NCBI GenBank assembly: GCA_965279415.1
Contig: OZ257238.1
Coordinates: forward strand, 502,925-566,924
Source of the DNA: Sphingobium sp.
GTDB taxonomy: Bacteria; Pseudomonadota; Alphaproteobacteria; Sphingomonadales; Sphingomonadaceae
Direction: 5' to 3'
Length of the DNA: 64,000 bases
The stretch's first letter is position 1. Every line of letters begins with the position of its first letter. A program made the translations under genes and the position numbers. The notes under the pieces were generated by a model. The model ran no database searches, had not been told where the DNA came from, and saw only the letters and a list, made by a program, of their open reading frames with translations. This document shows, piece after piece, positions 40,643 through 50,496 of this stretch.

Positions 40643-41514
40643 TTCGCAACCCTCGGCACGACCGTCACCGTCGCGGTGCGACCGACGATGAGCGGCACGC
40701 CGGCGGGCACGCGCTCCAGCTTGATGCGAACGGGGATACGCTGCGCGAGGCGCACCCAATTGAAGGTCGGGTTGACGTTTGGCAGCAGGTTGCTGGTGTT
40801 GGTGCGCTCACTGTCGTTGATGCCCGCCGCAATACTGTCGACGCGACCGTGCAGCGCGGCGGGCTCGCCCATGAGATGCACCGTGACCGCATCGCCGAGA
40901 TGAATCTGGCCGAGCTTGGTCTCCTCGAAATAGCCCTCGACGCGCAAGGAATCGGTATCGACCAGCGCCATCGCCTGCGTGCCGACCGCAATATAGTCGC
41001 CGGGGTGAAGATCGAGATTGGTGACGGTGCCGTGCACGCTCGCGCGTATGGTCGTGCGTTCGAGATTGAGCGCGGCGGTCGCGCGCTGGCTCTCCGCCTG
41101 CGCCAGCGCCGCGGATGCCGTGGCGACGCGCGCGACATTCTGTTCGTGCGTCTCCTTCGCGACGAGGTCGCCGAGCGCGAGATCGCGCTGCGCCTCGCGC
41201 CGGGCCTGCAGCACAGTCGCGCGGGCGCTCTGGATTGCCGCGTCTGTCTGCGCCAGCGCCAGCGCGTATCGCGGGCGATCGACCACGAACAGCACGTCGC
41301 CCGGTTTCACGATCTGATTGTCGTGCACGGCGACCTTGGTGACGAGACCGGCGACGTCGGGCGTCACCCGCACGATATCCGCGCGGATATGCCCGTCGCG
41401 GGTCCACGGATCGGTCTCGTACCTGCTCCACAGCCAGAAGGCCACAGCGATCGCGAGGGCGACAAGGAGGATCGTGGCGGCAGAGCGCAGGGCGAAGGCA
41501 TAGACAGGCTTCAT
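40639..41514 (-). CDS. HlyD-family efflux periplasmic adaptor (AaeA-like)
   Basis: ATG 41514 overlaps the DUF1656 stop (ATGA). It has an N-terminal TM helix, a lipoyl-like motif (VTKVAVHDNQIVKPGDVLFVVD) and a coiled-coil hairpin. Confidence 0.85.
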   Translation of the reverse strand: MKPVYAFALRSAATILLVALAIAVAFWLWSRYETDPWTRDGHIRADIVRVTPDVAGLVTKVAVHDNQIVKPGDVLFVVDRPRYALALAQTDAAIQSARATVLQARREAQRDLALGDLVAKETHEQNVARVATASAALAQAESQRATAALNLERTTIRASVHGTVTNLDLHPGDYIAVGTQAMALVDTDSLRVEGYFEETKLGQIHLGDAVTVHLMGEPAALHGRVDSIAAGINDSERTNTSNLLPNVNPTFNWVRLAQRIPVRIKLERVPAGVPLIVGRTATVTVVPRVAK

Positions 41515-41726
41515 GAATAGGGTCCGGATGGGCCGGTCGTGAGCGACAGCAGGCCGAGGATGATGACGAAGAGCGCGAGATCTACCAGCGGTCGATAGAC
41601 GACGAAGCGGTATAGCCCGGCGATCGAGAGCAGGCGTGTCGCGACGCCGGTGAGGATTACCGCCGACACAGCAAGCAACAGAATGGCGGGCAGGTAGACG
41701 CCGCCGATCGAGAGTTCGCCGGTCAT
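41511..41726 (-). CDS. DUF1656 small membrane protein (AaeX-like)
   Basis: 71 aa with two TM helices. It sits between the FUSC and HlyD genes as in aaeXAB-type operons. Confidence 0.75.
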   Translation of the reverse strand: MTGELSIGGVYLPAILLLAVSAVILTGVATRLLSIAGLYRFVVYRPLVDLALFVIILGLLSLTTGPSGPYS

Positions 41727-43789
41727 GCCGCCACCTCGGCGGGTGCGGCCGGATAGGCCGGGGCGGTGGGGAACAGATTGCGGCGCAGCGAGGTAAGGGC
41801 GAGCACACCCCTGCGGCGGGTATCCGCATCGTCGTCGCGCGAAAGGCCGGCGAGCGCATGGTCGATCTCACCGAGCAGCACCGGCTCGGGCGGGTTCGGG
41901 CGATCGGGCCGTAGCGCGCGGTAATGCTGCGCCACGCCGCGCAGCACGGGCGTGATCGTTGCCCCGGTTTCTGCGGCGCCGTCGAGCCGCAACTGGCGCA
42001 GTTCGCCGATGTTCACGCCGATGCGCAGATCGGCCAGCGCATCGAGCAGAGGCCGCCCCGGGTCCTGCCCCTGCGCGGCGAGACGCGGCGCAAGCAGGCC
42101 GATCCGGTCGAGCATGCGCGCGACCCAGCCGGCGGCATCGGGCGGACCTGCCGCGTCGCTGCGCTGCGCCAGTTCGCGCCAGCCCGCGCGGATCAGGCGC
42201 CGCGCGCTCGCCTCCGCGCCGATCGTCTGGAACAGCCGGACCGTCACGACTGCGAACAGCGTGCCGGACAACAGCGCAAGGCCACCGTTCAGGAAGGTGT
42301 CGAAGCGGCCGTAATAGCGATCGTTCAATCCGATCGAGTTGAGCCCGTTCAAAAGCCCGCCGAGCGCCATGAGGGCGGTCGCGGGGCGCGCCATGAAGAA
42401 GCCCCCGATCAGCATCACCGGCGCCAGTACGGCGATCAGCGTCACGAAATCGGTGACGCGCGGCATGATCGCAAATGCGTAAATCGCCGCGAAAAAGAGG
42501 CCGATAAGAGTACCGTAGAAGAACGTAAGAATCGACGGAGCGGGATTGTCCGAACTGCCGAACAGCGCACAGCACACGCCCGCGATCAGCACCGCCCCTG
42601 CTCCGTCCGCCCAGCCCGTCACGATCCAGAAAATGCAACCGAGCAGGATCGTCGCGATGGTGCCCGCTGCGGCCCGCAGCGCGATGCCGCGGTCGCGGTG
42701 CAGCGGGCGTGACGCGCTGCGGGCGATCAGCACCGCCACGCCGGGCGTCACCGGCGTCCGGCCGGGGGAGCGCATCTGGTCGCGCAGATCCCGTACGTTG
42801 CGATGCGCATCGATCAGGTCGGCCAGCCGGGCGAGCACGCTCAGCCGCAGCGCGTCGCGCCAGATCAGCGGGTCATGGTCCAGCGGCTCCAGCGCGCGGG
42901 CGCGTGCGATCAGACGGTCGGCAGTGGCGGCACGCTCCGCGACGGGCGGCGTTGCGCCGAGCCACTCCCGGACATCCTCGATCAGCGCGAGCGCTTCCGG
43001 GCGCGGGGCATCGGCGCCGCGCTGCAATTCGAGGATGCGATCATCGACCGCGCTCGCCAGCGGCAGCAGCATCGACAGTTCGGCCTGCAGTGCGCGCAAG
43101 GTGCGCACGCGCGGTGCGAGCCGCGCGGTGTCGAACGGAAGGTGAATGGAAAGCTGGTGCAGTTCGTTGATGTCGAGTGCCAGCCGGCGACGGTCCGCGT
43201 CCAGGGCCGGGCTGCGCTCGGCGAGCCCACCGAGCGAATCGCGTGACCATTGCTCGGCATCAGCGATCATCGCGTCGATCCGCGCGAGCAGGGTCGCCGT
43301 CACTGTCTGCGGAAAGACCAGCCCGTGGACCAGGCTGCCGCACAGGATACCGATCACGATCTCCTGCACGCGCAGGCTCGCCGTGGTGAAAACCGCATCG
43401 GGCGCCAACACGGAGGGGAAGCCGATGATGCTCGCCGTGTACCCCGCCAGGAGAAAGACGTAGGCGCGCGGCGTCCGGTCGAGCAGTGAGATGTAGAGGC
43501 ACAACCCCAGCCACAACGCCAGTCCGAGCGAAAGCAGTTCAGGCGCATTGACGAGATTGGGCACCAGCACGATAGCGGCGATGGCGCCGAGCACGGTGCC
43601 GATCACACGAAACACCGCCTTCGACAACACGGCACCCGCGAGCGGCGCCGCGACGATATAGGAGGTCGTAACCGCCCAATAGGGGCGCGTCAGCCCGATG
43701 CTGAGCGCGATCCAGTATGCGAGCACCGCCGCGATCAGGCACTTGATCGAAAACAACGCCTCACGCGTGCCGAAACGCTCTCCGATCAT
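41723..43789 (-). CDS. FUSC-family (fusaric acid resistance / AaeB-like) inner-membrane efflux protein
   Basis: 688 aa with two blocks of ~5-6 TM helices separated by a large cytoplasmic domain. The start overlaps the marR stop. Confidence 0.85.
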   Translation of the reverse strand: MIGERFGTREALFSIKCLIAAVLAYWIALSIGLTRPYWAVTTSYIVAAPLAGAVLSKAVFRVIGTVLGAIAAIVLVPNLVNAPELLSLGLALWLGLCLYISLLDRTPRAYVFLLAGYTASIIGFPSVLAPDAVFTTASLRVQEIVIGILCGSLVHGLVFPQTVTATLLARIDAMIADAEQWSRDSLGGLAERSPALDADRRRLALDINELHQLSIHLPFDTARLAPRVRTLRALQAELSMLLPLASAVDDRILELQRGADAPRPEALALIEDVREWLGATPPVAERAATADRLIARARALEPLDHDPLIWRDALRLSVLARLADLIDAHRNVRDLRDQMRSPGRTPVTPGVAVLIARSASRPLHRDRGIALRAAAGTIATILLGCIFWIVTGWADGAGAVLIAGVCCALFGSSDNPAPSILTFFYGTLIGLFFAAIYAFAIMPRVTDFVTLIAVLAPVMLIGGFFMARPATALMALGGLLNGLNSIGLNDRYYGRFDTFLNGGLALLSGTLFAVVTVRLFQTIGAEASARRLIRAGWRELAQRSDAAGPPDAAGWVARMLDRIGLLAPRLAAQGQDPGRPLLDALADLRIGVNIGELRQLRLDGAAETGATITPVLRGVAQHYRALRPDRPNPPEPVLLGEIDHALAGLSRDDDADTRRRGVLALTSLRRNLFPTAPAYPAAPAEVAA

Positions 43790-44238
43790 GCGCCTCTCCG
43801 GCGCTGGAAGCGCGTCGCAAGCTGTTCCGCCACGGACAGGGCGACAGCCAGATCCTTGTCGGTGATTTCGGACAGCATATCCGCCCGCAGCGCCGACAGC
43901 ATTTTCTCGATCTCGGCGGCGACCGTCCGCCCCTTGTCCGTCAAACGGATCCGGCTGACCCGTGCATCGACGGGGTCGCGGCGCCGCTCGACCATACCGC
44001 TTGCCGTCATCAGGTCGAGCAGGCGGACAAGCGAGGCACCCGTCAGATCGAGCTCATGCGCAAGGTCTGTCTGGCGGACATCGTCGCCGAGTCGGCTGAC
44101 CTGCGTCAATACCCAACCGTTCGACGCCGAAACGCCCGTGCTGCTCAGCGCGCGATCCGCCGCCTGCCGCCACATCCGCGCGAGCGGAAGGAGCGTACGA
44201 GCATATCGTGCTTCCAGTGCGAGTCGTTTGGATATCAT
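43786..44238 (-). CDS. MarR-family transcriptional regulator
   Basis: ATG 44238, 150 aa. It has a winged-helix core (QTDLAHELDLTGASLVRLLDLMTASGMVERRRDPVDARVSRIRLTDKG) and is the first gene of the efflux operon. Confidence 0.85.
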   Translation of the reverse strand: MISKRLALEARYARTLLPLARMWRQAADRALSSTGVSASNGWVLTQVSRLGDDVRQTDLAHELDLTGASLVRLLDLMTASGMVERRRDPVDARVSRIRLTDKGRTVAAEIEKMLSALRADMLSEITDKDLAVALSVAEQLATRFQRRRGA

Positions 44239-44680
44239 TAGGATGCTAATTAATGTGCTTTTGGTGGATTGCAATCGCGGATTGAAACAGACTGGTACAA
44301 AATCGGGCGATCTTTCGCGCACCCGCTTTGGGTCTGGCTCATCATACCGATCCGAAGCGATCGCATTCGTAACCGCGCGACCGCGCGGTCCCGTAACTCT
44401 GGAACGCCGCGAAGTCCCAAAGTCTTTCTCAAGCGCCCGCTCGCTGTCCTGAACGGATGGCCGCTTCCAGGACAAGGCGCTCTGGAGCTGAACGGCGACG
44501 ATTGGGCGCATCGTGCGGGCCGGGGAACGGCGTGAGTTGGTCGGGAGGAGACACAACGCGAACGGCAGCTATCCGCCGACACCTCTGCGATGCTGACGTT
44601 CGCTTACGGGCCGTTGGAGATGCCCGACGAAAAGACAGCGTGGGATATATTGCGGATATCCCCGATACCGAAAGCGACCG

Positions 44681-45142
44681 TCAGTTTGGAATGATCTTCC
44701 ATTTATGCGCTGTCCCCGGCGCGGGGGAAAAGCTCGATGGTTGGGGTGACAGGGGCGGCGGGTCGCAGACGCCTTCCTGAATGTAGCGCATCGCCGACAT
44801 CAGGCCGGACCGGCTGAATGGCTTGGGGATGACGCCATCGGCGCCGCAGAAGTCGCTCGGAATTTTCTTCGGATTGGCGGTGAGGAATATGACGGCGGTG
44901 TCCGCCCATTGCCGCCGGATGTGGGCGCAGACGTCGAGGCCGCTCGATCCCTCGTCGAGCTGGATATCGACGAAGGCGATGTGCGGTTGGCGGTCCCTCG
45001 GCAAGGCGACGACTTCGCGCAGCGACGAGGCCTCGCCGACGACATTGTGGCCGGAATCCAGGATCATGGCTTCGATGTCCATGGCCAGCAAGGCTTCATC
45101 CTCCACGATGAGCACGTCGAGCGGCGGGACACAGGGGGGCAT
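44681..45142 (-). CDS. Single-domain response regulator (receiver only) partnered with the LOV kinase
   Basis: VLIVEDEALLAMD, phospho-acceptor region AFVDIQLDEGSSG, and PKPF. No output domain. It lies 11 nt downstream of the kinase stop. Confidence 0.8.
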   Translation of the reverse strand: MPPCVPPLDVLIVEDEALLAMDIEAMILDSGHNVVGEASSLREVVALPRDRQPHIAFVDIQLDEGSSGLDVCAHIRRQWADTAVIFLTANPKKIPSDFCGADGVIPKPFSRSGLMSAMRYIQEGVCDPPPLSPQPSSFSPAPGTAHKWKIIPN

Positions 45143-45153
45143 TGTGATAATCC

Positions 45154-46260
45154 TCAGCTTTCAGGCATTGCGGGGAAGGTTACGGTCGCGCAGGTGCCCT
45201 CCCCGTTCGTGCGCCACAGGGTTTGCGCCTTGATCTGTCTCGACAAACGCTGGACCAGCGACGTGCCGATCGACAACGGGCGGGTGACGTCCGGATCGAA
45301 GCCGGGGCCGTCATCGCACAATTCCATCACGACGCTGTCGTCCTGCTGCTTGACGGTCAGGCCGATGGTGCCCGATCGCCCGTCGGCAAAGGCATGCTTC
45401 ACGGCATTGGTGATGAGTTCGTTGAGTATGAGGCCCGTCGCCGAGGCCTTGCTGGCCGGAATCATCACGGAATCCACGTCGATTGCGAGCATGATGTCGC
45501 GCCGTCCCGTAGACGCGAGCACATCCTGCGCCAGATTCGTGGCGAAGGCACCGATGTCGAAGCGCGTGATGTCATCCGATTGGTAGAGGCGGCGATGCAC
45601 CACCGCCAGCGCGTCGATCCGCTCCAGCATATTCTCCAGGGTGCGCTGCAATTGCGGGTCGCCCAGCGTACGCGACTGGAGCCGCAGCAGCGCACCGATC
45701 ATCGTCAGATTGTTCTTCACGCGGTGATCGACTTCGTGGAGCAGCAGCGTCTTTTCCTCCAGCGCCGCCTGAAGGTCGGCGGTGCGCAGCCGCACCTGCT
45801 CCTCGACCTGCGCCTTCTGATCGGCGATCTGTTGCTGCGCGACCACGCGATCCGTCACGTCGAGTTGCGAGGCGAAGAAGAACTGCACGCTGCCGTCCTC
45901 GCCGCGCACCGGGCTGATATAGAGCGCGTTCCAGAAGGTGCTGCCATCCTTGCGATGGTTCAGGAGATCGATGCTGATCGACTCCTCCGCGGCCAGGGCG
46001 TCGCGGATCTTCGCCACGGCGACGGGATCGGTTTCCGGCCCCTGAAGGAAACGGCAATTGCGACCGACGATTTCGTCGACGCCGTATCCGGACAGCCGCT
46101 GGAACGCTTCATTGGCGAAGACGATGGGATTATCGTCCTGCCGCGGGTCGGTAATCACCATGGGCATACGCGTGCCGCGAATGGCGGCGGCGAAGGGATC
46201 GCCCCGTCCATGTTCATGCATAACGCGTTCCGTAAGGTGCCAGTCGTCTCGTTGCTTCAT
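45154..46260 (-). CDS. LOV-domain blue-light sensor histidine kinase (HisKA_2/HWE type)
   Basis: The LOV core has the canonical GRNCRFLQGPETD; the adduct-forming Cys codon is at 46054..46056. H-box EVDHRVKNNLTMIGALLRLQ, followed by an ATPase domain. Confidence 0.85.
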   Translation of the reverse strand: MKQRDDWHLTERVMHEHGRGDPFAAAIRGTRMPMVITDPRQDDNPIVFANEAFQRLSGYGVDEIVGRNCRFLQGPETDPVAVAKIRDALAAEESISIDLLNHRKDGSTFWNALYISPVRGEDGSVQFFFASQLDVTDRVVAQQQIADQKAQVEEQVRLRTADLQAALEEKTLLLHEVDHRVKNNLTMIGALLRLQSRTLGDPQLQRTLENMLERIDALAVVHRRLYQSDDITRFDIGAFATNLAQDVLASTGRRDIMLAIDVDSVMIPASKASATGLILNELITNAVKHAFADGRSGTIGLTVKQQDDSVVMELCDDGPGFDPDVTRPLSIGTSLVQRLSRQIKAQTLWRTNGEGTCATVTFPAMPES

Positions 46261-46330
46261 TCCAGGCTCCGCTCAGCTAGGGAGCGGGGGCGCTCCGGCT
46301 TGAACTAACCTGCACAAAGCGCCTCAGTGG

Positions 46331-46357
46331 CCCCGAAGGTTCCTCGAAACCTTCAGG
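46331..46357 (-). terminator. Hairpin downstream of ahpF (candidate terminator)
   Basis: On the minus strand, CCTGAAGGTT-TCGAGG-AACCTTCGGG forms a 10-bp stem about 35 nt after the ahpF stop. There is no clear U-tract, so confidence is low. Confidence 0.35.
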
Positions 46358-46390
46358 ACCGTTGCCAGAGGATTGCTGTTACGCGAATAA

Positions 46391-47983
46391 TCAGGCCGCG
46401 ACAGCCGTCGTCTGCTCGACTTCCACCGGCGCGAGACGGATCAGATAATCGAATGCGGAAAGCGCCGCCTTCGATCCTTCGCCCATCGCGATGATGATCT
46501 GCTTGAAGGGCGTCGTCGTCGCGTCGCCCGCCGCGAAGATGCCGGGGATCGAGGTCGCGCCGCGATGATCCACTTCGATTTCGCCGCGCGGCGACAGCGC
46601 CACCGTCTCGGTCAGGAACTCGGTGTTCGGCACCAGCCCGATCTGCACGAAGATACCCTGCAGATCGACGACATGCGACGTGTCGCTATTGCGGTCCTTG
46701 TACGTCAGGCCGATCACCTTGTTGCCGTCGCCCAGCACTTCGGTGGTCAGGGCGGACGTGATGACCCTGACGTTCGGGAGGCTGTTGAGCTTGCGCTGCA
46801 GCACCGCGTCGGCGCGCAACTGGCTGTCATATTCGATCAGCGTGACATGCCCGACGATGCCCGCCAGGTCGATCGCCGCCTCGACGCCGCTGTTGCCGCC
46901 GCCGATCACCGCCACGTCCTTGCCCTTGAACAGCGGACCGTCGCAATGCGGGCAATAGGCGACGCCCTTGTTGCGATATTCGTCCTCGCCCGGCACGTTC
47001 ATCTGCCGCCAGCGCGCGCCGGTGGACAGGATGACCGAACGCGCCTTGAGCGACGCGCCGCTCGCCAGCACGACTTCGTGCAGACCGCCTTCGCTGGTCG
47101 CCGGGATCAGCTTTTCAGCGCGTTGCAGGTTCATGATGTCAACGTCGTAATCCTTGACGTGCTGTTCGAGCTGCGCGACCAGCTTGGGCCCTTCGGTGTG
47201 GCTGACCGAGATGAAGTTCTCGATCCCCATCGTGTCCATCACCTGCCCGCCGAAGCGTTCGGCGACGATGCCGGTGCGGATGCCCTTGCGCGCGGCATAG
47301 ATGGCCGACGCCGCGCCCGCGGGGCCGCCGCCGATCACCAGCACGTCGAAGGCGTCCTTCTGCGCGATCTTTTCCGCCGCACGGGCGACCGCGCCGCTGT
47401 CCAGCTTCGCGACGATCTGCTCCAGTTCCATGCGGCCCTGGCCGAACACTTCGCCGTTCAGGAAGATGGTGGGCACCGCCATCACCTTGCGTGCGTCTAC
47501 TTCCTCCTGAAACAGCGCGCCGTCGATCGCCGTGTGGCTGATCCGGGGGTTGAGCACCGCCATCAGATTGAGCGCCTGCACCACGTCCGGGCAGTTCTGG
47601 CAGGACAGCGAGAAATAGGTTTCGAAGGCGTAATCGCCGTCGAGATTCCTGACCTGCTCGATCAGATCCTGCGCCGCCTTCGACGGATGGCCGCCGACCT
47701 GCAGCAGCGCCAGCACCAGCGAGGTGAACTCATGCCCCATCGGCAGGCCGGCGAAGCGCACGCCGATATCGGTGCCCGCACGGCGAATCATGAAACTGGG
47801 CTTACGCTTCTCGTCGTCCTTGCGGACCAGCGTCGCCTTGTCGGTCAGGCTCACGATATCTTCGAGCAGCCCCAGCATTTCGCGCGACTTGGCGCCGTCG
47901 TCCAGCGACGCCACCAGCTCGATCGGCTGCGTGATGTTCACGAGATAGCCCTTCAACTGGGCTTTGACATTGGCGTCCAACAT
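46391..47983 (-). CDS. ahpF: Alkyl hydroperoxide reductase subunit F
   Basis: N-terminal thioredoxin-like CQNCPD, redox centre CPHCDG, and FAD/NAD motifs [11 protein letters not shown] and [10 protein letters not shown]. Confidence 0.95.
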   Translation of the reverse strand: MLDANVKAQLKGYLVNITQPIELVASLDDGAKSREMLGLLEDIVSLTDKATLVRKDDEKRKPSFMIRRAGTDIGVRFAGLPMGHEFTSLVLALLQVGGHPSKAAQDLIEQVRNLDGDYAFETYFSLSCQNCPDVVQALNLMAVLNPRISHTAIDGALFQEEVDARKVMAVPTIFLNGEVFGQGRMELEQIVAKLDSGAVARAAEKIAQKDAFDVLVIGGGPAGAASAIYAARKGIRTGIVAERFGGQVMDTMGIENFISVSHTEGPKLVAQLEQHVKDYDVDIMNLQRAEKLIPATSEGGLHEVVLASGASLKARSVILSTGARWRQMNVPGEDEYRNKGVAYCPHCDGPLFKGKDVAVIGGGNSGVEAAIDLAGIVGHVTLIEYDSQLRADAVLQRKLNSLPNVRVITSALTTEVLGDGNKVIGLTYKDRNSDTSHVVDLQGIFVQIGLVPNTEFLTETVALSPRGEIEVDHRGATSIPGIFAAGDATTTPFKQIIIAMGEGSKAALSAFDYLIRLAPVEVEQTTAVAA

Positions 47984-48229
47984 GGCGGAAACTCCGTAAT
48001 AGCTCTGGGCGCGAACCTACACCCCGGAGACATGCCATGGGCCAGTCTCCGGGATGCTTCGCGACCCACGGGGGGTTCGGGTAACTCAGGGCCGATCGAC
48101 ATTCAGATGATGACGTGCCGAAAATGGTGATTTTTCGTGACCCGGAGCGCAGCGTACTAAAAGTACGTGAGCACCGGAAGCACGGGAAAGCGCCATTTGC
48201 AGGCCGTCAGGGCTGAATGTCGGTCGGTC

Positions 48230-48793
48230 CTAGATCTTGCCGACGAGGTCGAAGGACGGCGCCAGCGTGGTTTCGCCTTCTTCCCACTTGGCGGGGCACA
48301 CTTCGCCGGGATGGCTCTGCCAATATTGCGCGGCCTTGATCTTGCGCAGCAGTTCCACGGCGTTGCGGCCGACGCCTTCGGGCGTGATCTCGACCAGCTG
48401 GATCTTGCCTTCCGGGTCGATCACGAAGGTCGCGCGATCAGCGAGGCCGACGCCTTCGCGCAGCACGCCGAAGTTGTTGCTGATGTCGTGGTTCTGGTCG
48501 CCCAGCATGTAATAGTTGATCTTGCCAATGGCCGGCGACGTGTCGTGCCATGCCTTGTGGCTGAAATGCGTGTCGGTCGATACCGAATAGACTTCGACGC
48601 CCATGCCCTGAAGGGTCGGGTAGATGTCGGCCAGATCTTCCAGTTCGGTCGGGCACACGAAGGTGAAGTCCGCCGGGTAGAAGAAGAATACGGCCCACTT
48701 GCCCTTCACATCGGCATCGGTGACGTCGACGAACTTGCCTTCCTTATATGCAGTCGCAGTGAAAGGTTTGAGGTCGCTGCCAATAATCGCCAT
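48230..48793 (-). CDS. ahpC: Peroxiredoxin AhpC (typical 2-Cys)
   Basis: [15 protein letters not shown] peroxidatic Cys motif and the resolving Cys in GEVCPAKW. 187 aa. Confidence 0.95.
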   Translation of the reverse strand: MAIIGSDLKPFTATAYKEGKFVDVTDADVKGKWAVFFFYPADFTFVCPTELEDLADIYPTLQGMGVEVYSVSTDTHFSHKAWHDTSPAIGKINYYMLGDQNHDISNNFGVLREGVGLADRATFVIDPEGKIQLVEITPEGVGRNAVELLRKIKAAQYWQSHPGEVCPAKWEEGETTLAPSFDLVGKI

Positions 48794-48898
48794 GATGTCT
48801 CCAATTCTGTGGATGGGTTCAGATAACGATGCCCATATAGGGCACCGTCGTCGATTGGAGAAATTGCTTTTTTATGCCCGACTGATCGATTGAGGCGA

Positions 48899-49504
48899 TC
48901 AGTTGCGATCCACCCAATGCGCGATCCACTGCCGGGTCATCGTCCGCGCTTCCTCCACGGCGAAGGTGGTGGGGTCGAGGCACAATTCAAGCCACAGTCC
49001 GTCCACCAGTGCCGCGATCCCGATGGCTGCCATCCGCACCCGATCGGGCGGAAGCTGCGGCGCGCAGGCACGGATATGGCCTGAGAGTTCGGCGCGGTAG
49101 TCGGCATAGAGTTCGGCATGGGCCTGCGCCATGTCGTCCCGCCCCTTGATAAGGCTCCAGAAGGCGACCCAGGTGGCGAGGAGATCGGGGTCGAGCACCG
49201 GCGGCACGAAACTCGCCAGCACGCAGGCTTCCAGCCGCGCGCGCGGATCCGGCCCCGCCGCCGCAATCGCCTGTTCCGTCGCCTCCGCCACGCGCCGTCC
49301 GACATCGCGATAGGTCGCGACGATCAGCGCGTCGATGCCGTCGAAATAATGGGTGATAAGGCCCGACGATACCCCGGCCCGCGCGCAGATCGCCCGGACG
49401 GACGTCCCGGTCGCGCCCCGCTCCGCCAGGCAGCGCGCGGTCGCATCGATCAGGCTCTGACGCCGCACATCGGCGGCTTCACGCACGAAACTGGCCCGGC
49501 TCAA
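48899..49504 (-). CDS. TetR-family transcriptional regulator
   Basis: N-terminal HTH RQSLIDATARCLAERGATGTSVRAICARAGVSSGLITHYF. The start is inferred at TTG 49504, because the listed ORF extends to 49654 through implausible sequence. It has the same orientation as ahpCF. Confidence 0.7.
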   Translation of the reverse strand: MSRASFVREAADVRRQSLIDATARCLAERGATGTSVRAICARAGVSSGLITHYFDGIDALIVATYRDVGRRVAEATEQAIAAAGPDPRARLEACVLASFVPPVLDPDLLATWVAFWSLIKGRDDMAQAHAELYADYRAELSGHIRACAPQLPPDRVRMAAIGIAALVDGLWLELCLDPTTFAVEEARTMTRQWIAHWVDRN

Positions 49505-49846
49505 ACTTATGTCACCCCCGTGAGACCCGCAAGGTGGCGGGCAATCGCAGACTAATGCCTGTCCCTTGCGTGGCAAGGGCTGCGGTGCCGATAGTTTGTG
49601 AGCATATTGCGAGGCCGTGGACGCATTAAGTGCAGCCGGACGGCAAACAACCATTCTTGGTCACTCCACCAGATCATACGCATTCCTGAAAGCCGCCACT
49701 CGTTTAGATGGTAGGTCGAAGGCTGGATAACCAAACCTGGTGGAAAACAGACAGGCGGCTTTATGACAGCATTGGCAATAACCTGCCCTTCTTCGTAAAC
49801 GTCTTTAGCGCTTGCCAGCGCTCAACCCGCTCGCCAAGCTACAAAA

Positions 49847-50263
49847 ATGACCACAGTATTTGTGCTTCACCATGTCCGTAAGGACGACGAGTTTGGAGAC
49901 TATCCCAAGCTGATCGGCGTCTACTCAACCGGTGCCAGCGCAGACGCCGCAAAGGTGCGGCTATCGACCGAGCCTGGCTTTCGCGAGCATCCGGCAGGGT
50001 TCGAAGTTGAGGAGTATGTCCTCGACATGGACGACTGGGACGGAGGGTTTATCTCAGAAACGCGTATCAACATGCCACTCGAGCAAGAGGAGCCGGAAGC
50101 ATGGGCGATGGTCCGCGTGCAAGACCTTTATGACGGTCGATACGAAGTTTATGGCCCAATGCCGGACAACGAGCACTGGCGCTTCCCTCCTGGCTCCATT
50201 GTAAGATGTGATACCGTGCTTGAGGACGGGGTAGAGTGCTTGGTAGCCTCCTCGATCGCATAA
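49847..50263 (+). CDS. Hypothetical protein (138 aa) in an AT-rich islet
   Basis: A clean ATG ORF, acidic, with no recognisable motifs. The surrounding ~0.9 kb is visibly AT-richer than the flanks. Confidence 0.5.
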   Translation: MTTVFVLHHVRKDDEFGDYPKLIGVYSTGASADAAKVRLSTEPGFREHPAGFEVEEYVLDMDDWDGGFISETRINMPLEQEEPEAWAMVRVQDLYDGRYEVYGPMPDNEHWRFPPGSIVRCDTVLEDGVECLVASSIA

Positions 50264-50496
50264 GGCCCTATCTTTGCCAAAATGGCGCTGTGCCATTCTC
50301 AACCTATGGCCGTTTCCGGTAGCGGCGGCAACGGTCACGAATGGCGAGTTCTGGGGCGATTGTTACCGAATGATTTTTTACCGCGCAACGTCAGCTATCG
50401 CTAGCCATCTCTCCAAAAGCCGACTTTCCGCTATCCACCCTATCCGGACATTCAGCCCTCCTGCTGATAGCAATCGCTTACGGGTTCACAACCAAA

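Noticed and set aside
44250-44582. ORFs 44250..44582 (minus strand) and 44269..44535 (plus strand) in the marR upstream gap
   Set aside because: They overlap each other, have no start-site signals and implausible compositions. The interval is treated as non-coding.
39240-44680. Direct repeat of the tRNA-Cys 3' end (attR) that would delimit an island carrying the efflux operon
   Set aside because: I could not find a copy of GGTTCGATTCCGGCTCGGGCC or a substantial part of it by eye in the candidate intervals (44239..44680 and 49560..49850). It needs a computational search, so the island status of the operon is left open.
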